A DNA stretch of 26,119 nt, taken from a bacterium (lineage in GTDB: Bacteria; Zhuqueibacterota; Zhuqueibacteria; Oceanimicrobiales; Oceanimicrobiaceae). The notes beneath the pieces were generated by a model. That model searched no databases. It was not told where the DNA came from and saw only the letters and a program-made list of their open reading frames with translations. Below are positions 5,607 to 13,450 of this stretch, piece after piece. The stretch is taken from assembly GCA_046757525.1 (NCBI GenBank), contig JBHHYI010000045.1, positions 1 through 26,119 on the forward strand, given 5' to 3'. The translations under genes were made by a program, and so were the position numbers. Every line of letters begins with the position of its first letter. Position 1 is the first letter of the stretch.

Positions 5607-8204
5607 CTACTTTTCCCTCTGAATTACCAGCAAGGTGAAATCGTCTACCGGTGGGTGGCCGGCGTAAAAGGAATCAATATCGTCAGTGACAATTTGTAAC
5701 AGCTCGTCTGCGGTGTGGCCGCGCACCTCATCGAGGAGATTGCTGAGCCGCTCCTCGCTGTAGAATTTGACGCCCTCCGAACCATGGTCCGAGGGGTCAG
5801 GCACTTCTTGGGCCGCCTCGATGACGCCGTCGGTGTAGAAAACGACCATGTCGCCGGCGGCCAAAGGTACTTCGATTTCTTGCAGCATTTGTTGGAACAA
5901 TTCGCCGCTTTTTTCCAGTCCAATGCCCAGGCCCGTGCTCGACAACTCCCGGATGGCCTGCGACTTCTTGCCTGGAAGGATCAAAGGGATTGTGTGACCA
6001 GCGCGAACCAGGGACAGCCTGTGGGTTTTTGAGTCCAATAGCCCCACGATGGCTGTAATGAACATGTGACGGTCTACCATGGGGTCAGCGAAATAGCGGT
6101 TCAAGCGTTGGGCGATTTCCCCGGGCTTGTCGGTGAATTGCTGGGCAAAGCGGAAAAGGCTAATGCACTGGGCCATATAAAATGCAGCCGAAGTGCCTTT
6201 GCCGGACACATCTCCGATGGAAAAGAGCAAGCGACGGTTATCCAGAGACAAAACATCGTAGAAGTCGCCCCCGACTTCGTTGGCGGTTTTGAGAGCCGCG
6301 ACGATCTTGTAGCCCGGCACCTGGGGCAAATGAGGCGGCAGCAACCCAAGCTGCACCTCGCGGGCAATCTTGAGTTCGTGCTCCAAACGATCTTTGTCAC
6401 GTGCTTCCGCAATGGTCGCTTTCAGGCGGTCGCCCATGGTGTTGAAGCGTTCCGCCAACTCAACAAATTCATCATCCCCTTCCAGCTTGACTTTGTAGTC
6501 GAGATTGCCGGCTGAGATGTGTCGAATGCCCCCTTTCAGTTGGTTGAATTTTTGCACGATCATGCGATTGATTTCCGTACCGAATTTCACTACTCTGCGA
6601 ATGACGAAGAAATTCAACAGCAGGTAGATGGCCACCAGCAAACCCACCAGGCGCAAAAGCGGGGAAGTGATCACCGCCAATCGGGGCGTGATGGCAATGT
6701 CGTAGGCGTAGTAACCGATTTGTTGACAGGTGGCGTCGAAAAGCGGCGAGTAAAGTCTGCCCAGCGTAAAGTGAACCGTGTTGGCAAACAAATCCTCCTG
6801 AGTTTGGTCCAACACATTGGTGGGCGATTCGATGGGAACCGACAAAGCCTCTCTGGTCGATTTCGGGATTAGGCCGAACGGGAAAATCTCAAAATTCCTG
6901 TCCTCTTGCCAGAAGTTCAACTTGAAGAGCTGAGCCTCCCACCTGGTCGGAATGAAGGGGTAGGCCAACAAATGGGAGCCAGCCAGGAGTTGCACCTCAG
7001 CGGTCAGCAAACGCAAGGCAGTGGTGTCCAGCTTAATGAAGGTGACGCTGTCGTTAGCAGCCCCGGCACTCCGCAAGAATAAAAAATAATCAAACGTGTC
7101 GGTGCCAGTGGAGGCGGTGTCGGGATTCTGCGCCTGCAGCGCCACGATGCCTTCGTCGGGCATCTCCTCGACATTCTCGATGGCCTCGTAGCCGGCAAAG
7201 GTTGGCAAGGGCCGGTCTCTGGTAGAGCATCTCATGTAATGAAGGGCAGAAGGCATCTGCCCCATCTGTATTCGTTCAAATTGCTGAGCAAAAGCTGTGC
7301 GGACGTTTTCCGCCTGCCACCCGGCGATGAAAAAGTAAAAGATGATGAGGAGCATGCAGAGTTGAATGATTTGAGGCACCGTCGACTGAAACAGGCTGGA
7401 AATCCAGAGCTTGCGCGCAAGCCGCGCGTGGTTGTACACCAGCACCACCGGTATTTTGACCAGCACCACGAGAAGGTAGATTTTCAAGAGCAGGTACAAA
7501 AAGACGGGTAGGCTGTACCACCGAGCCGGTAAGTCGCCAGTGAGAAAGATCGTCCTGCCCAAGGGATTTAGATGTAAAACAGATCTGAAAAGTAAGTAAC
7601 CCAACAGCAAATAAATCCAGCATTCGGCCCGGGTTAATTCTTCCAGCCATGCGGTTCTGCGCAGCAGCAGAATGAAGAGCAATATCTGAAAAACTACCCA
7701 ATAGAATTCGCTCCGGCCCACAAAGAAAGTGTTCCAGATGTAGTAAACCAGGAGGTAAGAGAAGAGCACCCGCTTCTTGTCCTGGTTGTTCGCGACCAGC
7801 AGGACGCTGAAAGTCAGAACCAGGCAAGCCAGCACCAGGCCCTGGGCGAACTCGAAAAGTTGGTCAATGGTGTTTGGTTGGAGAAAGGATGAACCAGGAT
7901 TGCCAAATTGCAGCAGGCTTCCTTCAACCAGGAAAAGCAGCACGAACAAAGTAAGCAAGACTTCGCCAGGGGGGCGAAAATTCTTTTGAATTTGTTCGAC
8001 CAGCTTAAACCAGAAAAATAAATGGAACAAGAAAACCGGGACGTAAAAGCCAGAACTTAATGAGAGGGGATTTACGACCACAAAAAATGTAAGCAGCCAG
8101 CCCAGCCCGTGTATTAGCAAAAGCCTTACTGTGAGGTCACGACTTTTGAGGCGCGACCTGAAATCTCTTAGGCGTACTGCCACTTGAAAAGTTCTTTCTG
8201 CCAA
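5607..8204 (-). CDS. Multi-pass membrane sensor with HAMP and SpoIIE/RsbU-type PP2C phosphatase domain
   Basis: Many N-terminal TM helices, an extracytoplasmic domain, a further TM, HAMP (ISAGNLDYKVKLEGDDEFVELAERFNTM), and PP2C motifs ELKIAREVQ, GGDFYD, IGDVSGKG, YTDGVIE, DDFT. TTG start uncertain. Confidence 0.92.
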   Translation of the reverse strand: MAERTFQVAVRLRDFRSRLKSRDLTVRLLLIHGLGWLLTFFVVVNPLSLSSGFYVPVFLFHLFFWFKLVEQIQKNFRPPGEVLLTLFVLLFLVEGSLLQFGNPGSSFLQPNTIDQLFEFAQGLVLACLVLTFSVLLVANNQDKKRVLFSYLLVYYIWNTFFVGRSEFYWVVFQILLFILLLRRTAWLEELTRAECWIYLLLGYLLFRSVLHLNPLGRTIFLTGDLPARWYSLPVFLYLLLKIYLLVVLVKIPVVLVYNHARLARKLWISSLFQSTVPQIIQLCMLLIIFYFFIAGWQAENVRTAFAQQFERIQMGQMPSALHYMRCSTRDRPLPTFAGYEAIENVEEMPDEGIVALQAQNPDTASTGTDTFDYFLFLRSAGAANDSVTFIKLDTTALRLLTAEVQLLAGSHLLAYPFIPTRWEAQLFKLNFWQEDRNFEIFPFGLIPKSTREALSVPIESPTNVLDQTQEDLFANTVHFTLGRLYSPLFDATCQQIGYYAYDIAITPRLAVITSPLLRLVGLLVAIYLLLNFFVIRRVVKFGTEINRMIVQKFNQLKGGIRHISAGNLDYKVKLEGDDEFVELAERFNTMGDRLKATIAEARDKDRLEHELKIAREVQLGLLPPHLPQVPGYKIVAALKTANEVGGDFYDVLSLDNRRLLFSIGDVSGKGTSAAFYMAQCISLFRFAQQFTDKPGEIAQRLNRYFADPMVDRHMFITAIVGLLDSKTHRLSLVRAGHTIPLILPGKKSQAIRELSSTGLGIGLEKSGELFQQMLQEIEVPLAAGDMVVFYTDGVIEAAQEVPDPSDHGSEGVKFYSEERLSNLLDEVRGHTADELLQIVTDDIDSFYAGHPPVDDFTLLVIQREK

Positions 8205-8282
8205 GTCGATTCACTCTTTGGTTCATTGTTCGGAATATGTTTGCGTCAGGCGGGGAGATTTCGCAATATATCCCACGTTCAT

Positions 8283-8581
8283 GAAACGCCCCTTCGATGT
8301 AACGCAAACGTCTCGTTTGCAAAGGCGTTTCCGACATTTAAAGCAATTCGGTTGCACGGATTGTGAGAGCTTTTAGGAAACGCCCTGTTGGAGCAAACTG
8401 ACAGTTGCTTTTCTTTGCGCACAAAAGGAGTCGTCCTGAGTAGTCCCGACCGCTTTTTGGTCAGGACGTATCGAAGCCCGTCACCCCTCGATACGGTCCC
8501 TTGAACAGCAGTGACTCGACGAGAAATCTCAGTGCCATGAACTTCACGATACCCCATTTCTTGGAGAGCGGCGTATCGTGA
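8283..8581 (-). ncRNA. Candidate structured RNA or long 5' leader (family not recognised)
   Basis: Cluster of 7-10 bp stems: 8283-8290/8324-8331, 8304-8310/8314-8320, 8432-8439/8461-8468, 8467-8474/8488-8495, 8544-8552/8573-8581. G-U extensions form on the minus strand. Confidence 0.35.
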
Positions 8582-8707
8582 CGTAAGGTGCAAGCAATCT
8601 TCTGTTGAGCCACAAAAAATTAATCAATCGGTCTCAAAAAAGCAAGCGGCATTTCGGAGCCGTTCACTGCGTTGGATGTTACTTTAGTGCCATTTTTAAC
8701 AAAATGC

Positions 8708-8736
8708 TTGACAAAATTCCTATTATGTAGTATCTT
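8708..8736 (+). promoter_or_regulatory. Putative sigma70 promoter for the kinase/FHA-phosphatase operon
   Basis: TTGACA, 17-nt spacer, TATCTT, in AT-rich intergenic DNA about 350 nt upstream of 9087. Confidence 0.65.
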
Positions 8737-9086
8737 CCTGTTATTGCTATTTAATGCTACAATATTGAAAGTTCTGTCCGGCAGAAACAGGACAAAAAGT
8801 AAGACCGAATTTAAGTTTTTGTAAGACTGAGATCTCTGGTATAAACTGTAAAGAATTTTCGGTGCCGCGGAGTAGAAACCATTAAGCACTTTCTTCAGAT
8901 CTTGCATCTCTAATTTACTCCAATTGGCCGTTTAAGACACAGCAGCCTGTGTCAGAAAAAAGTTCTGTCTGCCTACCCTTCCGGGTTACGACTCTCTTAA
9001 CATTCCTAAGACAAGGGGAACAAGAAAATTCCAAGGATGCGAATTAGACTGGTTTTCCCAAAATTTAATTCTCGGATGTTGGGCCT

Positions 9087-11651
9087 ATGAAACCTATTCT
9101 CATTTCGTCGGCGTTTTTTGGCAATGGGGAGAGAGCTTCTGCCGTGAATAGGTGGGTGCGGAGAAGGGTGTTTGGAGCTGCTGGTATCCTACCGCTTGCC
9201 TTCTTTCTGCTCCTGTTGAGTTGTCCCGACCGAGCCGTTTTTGCACAAGACGCGAAACCGCGGGCGCGTAAATACTACCAAAAAGGACTCAAAGCTAACA
9301 GCATCGCGAACAAGATAAAGTATTTTCACAAAGCGGTTGAAATTGACAGCACCTTCAGCAAAGCGCTGTATCATCTTGGCCGCGCGCATTATCAAAGGGG
9401 TTCGTATGATCGCGCCATCGACTATCTGGAGAAATCGGTTCGTCAGGACTTCCGCCTGACGAAAAGTGTGCGGCCTTATTTGCTCAATGCTTACAATTTT
9501 CTGGCGCGGCGATTGCTCGAAAGCGAGCAATTCGAAGAAGCCAGAGCGACGGCTGAGCAAGCCATCACGCTGGACGACCAGTTTGCTGCCGCCTACGTTA
9601 CCCTGGGATTGGTTTATTACAGTTTGCGTTCCTGGCAGTCCGCCACGGAGATTCTGGAAAAGGCGGTGGCCCTGGACGCCAACCAAAGCACGGCCTGGAG
9701 CACGCTGGGCAAGTTGTATTTGTTCACAAAAGAGCCCAACAAAGCGGTCCAGGCTCTCAGTACGGCGCTGGCCCTGGATCCGGAAATGAAAGAGGCAAAA
9801 AGGAATCTGGAAGTCGCGCGTCAGAACAACAGCGTGCGGGCCTGGATCGCCAGAAGCGACGAAGTGGCCGCGGAAGGCTCCTGGGGTGAAGCAGTTGCCA
9901 TACTGAAGCAGGCTCGAGAGATTTATCCCGGCAGGGCAGAGATGGACGCGAAATTGTCTGAAGCTTACCAGAACAAGAGTTATTACCAGGGCCTGCGTGC
10001 CCTGGAGGACGAGAATTGGGCGCAAGCCATCGAATTGTTTTCGAGCCTGGACTCTACCTACAAGGATGTTGCCGCCAAGCGTGCACGGGCGCGGGCTGGC
10101 CTGGCCATGGAAAGCGAGGAGCCCGAATTAAAAGCGGTGCTGTCAGCTCCCGACAGCAGTCAAAAGCGTGCTCTGGACACGACCTCCGTCGCCGTTGCAG
10201 AGATTGGGACAAACGCCTCCGAGGAAGCAGGCGCGTCCAATCAGCCTGCGGCAACCATGGAACCTGAGAGTGACAGCCTTGCAGCCGCTTCTGCAAAGAC
10301 TGCGGCCTTGCCACACCAGCTACAACCTTCCCTGGACGATTCCATTCAACAAGCGTCTGGTCCCCGCCCGACGAATTCAGAGGTCGCCGCACAAGAAAAA
10401 AGCTTAAAAACGGCTGAACCTGTTGGGGTGCCTTTTGCGGAAAAAGCAACGGAACAGCCTCTCTCCTCGACCTGGCTCGTTTTCGGTGCGGGCGGGCTGC
10501 TCCTGTTTGGCCTGGTTTTGTTTGGTCTCATCAAACTCTACGGCTATTACAGCGAAACGTTGACCATTGTGGATGCAGCAGCCTGGCAGAGAACCCGCCA
10601 GACGTTGGAGAGTGCGTTGCCTCCGCAATTTGCTGCCACGTTGAACCCGGGGCCTCTTGATGAGAGCCCCATGTCCGAAACGCCTGCGGATTACGGTGGC
10701 AATCCGGAATCGGTTTCCGCCGGACGTGGCTCAGAATTCAGGGAAGTGACCTTAAGCTCGGATGAAATCCAGCAACTGCTCGAACTGGAAGAAACCAAAA
10801 CGGTTTTAGGCGGCATCAAGCAGGTGAAGAAGATTGGGCGTTACATTGTGGAAAAAGAAATTGGCAGAGGCTCCATGGGGCTGGTTTACAAGGCCTGGGA
10901 CCCTAAATTAGACCGCACCGTTGTCATCAAGCAGGTCGCTTTTGATTTTAACCAGCAACCCAACACCAGCCAAAAATTGAAGGAACGGTTGCTGCGCGAA
11001 GCACGAGCCGCCGGCCGTCTCAACCACCCCAACATCGTCATCATCTATGATGTGGAGGAGGAAGCCAACTACTCGTTTATTGTGATGGAGTATTTGCTCG
11101 GCAAGGATCTGAGGTCTTTGTTGGAGTCAGAGATGACGTTTGACATGCCCCGTACGATCAAGATCGTTGGGCAGATTTGCAGCGCTTTGGACTTTGCCCA
11201 CGGACATGGCATCATCCATCGCGACATCAAGCCCTCGAACATCATTATCATCGGCTATGACAAGGTCAAGGTGGCTGATTTTGGCATTGCCAAGCTGCCG
11301 CAATTTGGCACGCTCACGCAAACCGGCAGCGTGGTCGGCACGCCGTACTACATGTCCCCCGAACAGATCGAAGGTCGCAAAGTCGATGGCGCTTCCGATG
11401 TCTTTTCACTGGGCGTTGTGCTGTACGAAATGCTGACTGGTAAACGGCCCTTTGATGGTGAATCCATCCCTTCCATCGTCTACAAGATCGTGCACAAAAA
11501 ACCTACTCCCCCATCTAAACACCATGCTTGCCTTCCTCGCGAAATCGACCGGATTCTCGGCCGGGCCCTGGCTAAAGACCCACCGGGTCGATACCCAACT
11601 GCTTCAGACCTGTTTTGCGATTTAGCAAGACTTGAACAGGAAGTCGTTTAG
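9087..11651 (+). CDS. Receptor-like Hanks-type Ser/Thr protein kinase: signal peptide, TPR repeats, low-complexity linker, TM helix, C-terminal kinase
   Basis: Signal-like ...AFFLLLLSCPDRAVFA-QD; multiple TPRs (ALYHLGRAHY, AYVTLGLVYY, AWSTLGKLYL); TM WLVFGAGGLLLFGLVLFGLI; kinase motifs IGRGSMGLVY, VVIK, HRDIKPSN, DFG, GTPYYMSPEQ. Confidence 0.95.
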   Translation: MKPILISSAFFGNGERASAVNRWVRRRVFGAAGILPLAFFLLLLSCPDRAVFAQDAKPRARKYYQKGLKANSIANKIKYFHKAVEIDSTFSKALYHLGRAHYQRGSYDRAIDYLEKSVRQDFRLTKSVRPYLLNAYNFLARRLLESEQFEEARATAEQAITLDDQFAAAYVTLGLVYYSLRSWQSATEILEKAVALDANQSTAWSTLGKLYLFTKEPNKAVQALSTALALDPEMKEAKRNLEVARQNNSVRAWIARSDEVAAEGSWGEAVAILKQAREIYPGRAEMDAKLSEAYQNKSYYQGLRALEDENWAQAIELFSSLDSTYKDVAAKRARARAGLAMESEEPELKAVLSAPDSSQKRALDTTSVAVAEIGTNASEEAGASNQPAATMEPESDSLAAASAKTAALPHQLQPSLDDSIQQASGPRPTNSEVAAQEKSLKTAEPVGVPFAEKATEQPLSSTWLVFGAGGLLLFGLVLFGLIKLYGYYSETLTIVDAAAWQRTRQTLESALPPQFAATLNPGPLDESPMSETPADYGGNPESVSAGRGSEFREVTLSSDEIQQLLELEETKTVLGGIKQVKKIGRYIVEKEIGRGSMGLVYKAWDPKLDRTVVIKQVAFDFNQQPNTSQKLKERLLREARAAGRLNHPNIVIIYDVEEEANYSFIVMEYLLGKDLRSLLESEMTFDMPRTIKIVGQICSALDFAHGHGIIHRDIKPSNIIIIGYDKVKVADFGIAKLPQFGTLTQTGSVVGTPYYMSPEQIEGRKVDGASDVFSLGVVLYEMLTGKRPFDGESIPSIVYKIVHKKPTPPSKHHACLPREIDRILGRALAKDPPGRYPTASDLFCDLARLEQEVV

Positions 11652-11653
11652 AA

Positions 11654-13336
11654 ATGATCTGTGAAGAATGCCACTTTAGCAACCCTCCGGAAAGTTTGCT
11701 GTGCGAAAAATGTGGCGAGAAGCTCTACCAGGCCAAGATTAGAGTGACTTGCGCCGATGGCGATGACTTCACCTATTTTTTGTTTCCCCAAAAATACACC
11801 ATTGGGCGCGGCGTCGATAACGATATCGTCGTTGCCGACCCTTCGGTTTCCCGCTATCACGCTGAGATCGCTTACGCTGAAAACTTTTTTTACCTGAAAG
11901 ATCATGGCAGCAAGAATGGTTCGTTGATCAACAAGCGGCGGGTCTCTGTGGACATCCTCAACAACCTGGATTGCATTCAGTTGGGAAATGTGGTGATTCA
12001 TTTTTATGATGAAAGAAATCAGTTGCCACATTCAAATTCAGGCCTGAATACGGAAGAAATCATCCAGAAAGAATACTTGAAATATACGGAAAAAAGGCAG
12101 ACCATCATTCGCGGAAACGACGTGCTGCAAACCATGCTGGATTTCGCTATTTCTTTGACGCACGCCGACCTCGGGGTTATCTTATTGGTGGACCAGCACG
12201 ACAAACTCAGCTACAAGGTTGGCAAAGACCTGCGCGGGGAAATGCTGGAAAAAAGCGACGCGCATTTGGACTGGCCGGTCATCGAGAGTTGTTTGCACAC
12301 GCGCCAGGCACAGATTGTGAACGGCAAAATCTCTCCCCCCCAGGACGAAGAGCAGGCCACCGCCGATGCCTGTGTGCAGAAAATGGTCTTCCCGCTGCTT
12401 GCGGCAAAATTAAAGGAATCCCAAAACCGGGCCTTGCAGTCCGAACCGATTTTGGGGGTTTTTTATTTTTGTCAAAAAAGAGAGGCCCGCCCCTTGTCGG
12501 CGAAAAAAAGAGCGCTGCTGGAGAAACTGCTGCAACAAGCTGCCTTTGCGGTGGAGGACGAAAAGCTGCACGACGACGCCTTAGAGAAACGCAGAATTGA
12601 CGATGAACTCTCCGTTGCCAGAGATATTCAACAGCGGCTTTTGCCGGGCACCAACCCGAAAATCAAGTACTTCGACTTCGCCAGCATCATGCAGCCCTGG
12701 GCAACGGTGAGCGGCGATTATTTTGACCTCATCGAGATCTCCTCTGATTCGGTCGGCATCGCCATCGGGGACATTTGTGGCAAGGGCATGCCGGCTGCGT
12801 TGCTGTTTTCCACGGTTTTGGCCGCCATCCGTACCCAGCTTGAATACACCGATTCGCCTAAACAAATCGTACGCCGTCTCAATCAACTGCTGATCAAGAG
12901 CACGGCAGAATCGATTTTTCTAACCCTGTTTTTTGGCATTTATGAGCGGGCAACTTCCAAACTAAAATATGTCAATGCCGGGCATCCGCCTCCCATTCTT
13001 GTGAAAAAACATGGCAGTTTCAAAGAGCTCAAAGGGACCACCCCGGCCCTGGGCATTCTCGAAGGCCAATATCAGAAGGAAAAACAGATTACGGTAAAAT
13101 CGGGCGACCTTTTGCTCATGTATACCGACGGTCTGATCGAAAGCCAAAATAGGGAGAAAAAGATTTACGGCCGAAAACGCCTGCATGATTTGATTGAGCA
13201 TCTCCTGGTTGAAAAAAAACAGCAGTTGTTTAATCCAGCTTCTTTGATCGAGTCGATAAAAGATGACCTGACTGAATTCGTCGGCGGAGAAAAACAAACC
13301 GACGATCTGACTCTGCTGGCCGTGAGAAGACGTTAA
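11654..13336 (+). CDS. Zinc-ribbon / FHA / GAF-like / SpoIIE-type PP2C phosphatase
   Basis: CEEC-x10-CEKC; FHA motifs IGRG, VSRYHA, GSKNGS; GAF-like middle; PP2C motifs ELSVARDIQ, SGDYFD, IGDICGKG, NAGHPP, YTDGLIE, DDLT. Starts 2 nt after the kinase stop. Confidence 0.93.
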   Translation: MICEECHFSNPPESLLCEKCGEKLYQAKIRVTCADGDDFTYFLFPQKYTIGRGVDNDIVVADPSVSRYHAEIAYAENFFYLKDHGSKNGSLINKRRVSVDILNNLDCIQLGNVVIHFYDERNQLPHSNSGLNTEEIIQKEYLKYTEKRQTIIRGNDVLQTMLDFAISLTHADLGVILLVDQHDKLSYKVGKDLRGEMLEKSDAHLDWPVIESCLHTRQAQIVNGKISPPQDEEQATADACVQKMVFPLLAAKLKESQNRALQSEPILGVFYFCQKREARPLSAKKRALLEKLLQQAAFAVEDEKLHDDALEKRRIDDELSVARDIQQRLLPGTNPKIKYFDFASIMQPWATVSGDYFDLIEISSDSVGIAIGDICGKGMPAALLFSTVLAAIRTQLEYTDSPKQIVRRLNQLLIKSTAESIFLTLFFGIYERATSKLKYVNAGHPPPILVKKHGSFKELKGTTPALGILEGQYQKEKQITVKSGDLLLMYTDGLIESQNREKKIYGRKRLHDLIEHLLVEKKQQLFNPASLIESIKDDLTEFVGGEKQTDDLTLLAVRRR

Positions 13337-13391
13337 GAAAAATTGACTTGAAATTTTGAATTTAATTTCATAAATAAGAAGGTATTCCCGT

Positions 13392-13417
13392 AAATCCCGT
13401 TTCTTTTGGGATTTTTT
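13392..13417 (+). terminator. Possible weak intrinsic terminator
   Basis: AAATCCC-N9-GGGATTT followed by a T-run, downstream of the PP2C gene. Confidence 0.35.
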
Positions 13418-13450
13418 CGTTTGTGAGGGTTGGATGTTTGAGGTAGTAAA

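Noticed and set aside
8283..8581. CRISPR array, IS ends, tmRNA or RNase P RNA
   Set aside because: No regularly spaced direct repeats, no transposase, and no tRNA-like ends or GAGGAAAGUCC signature.
8137..8907. ORFs 8137-8337, 8184-8366, 8279-8593 and 8620-8907
   Set aside because: No recognisable motifs; they overlap promoter-like and stem-rich non-coding sequence.
9189..10025. 278-aa antisense ORF (likewise 18088-18819 + and 24984-25655 -)
   Set aside because: Antisense shadows of well-supported genes with no independent features.
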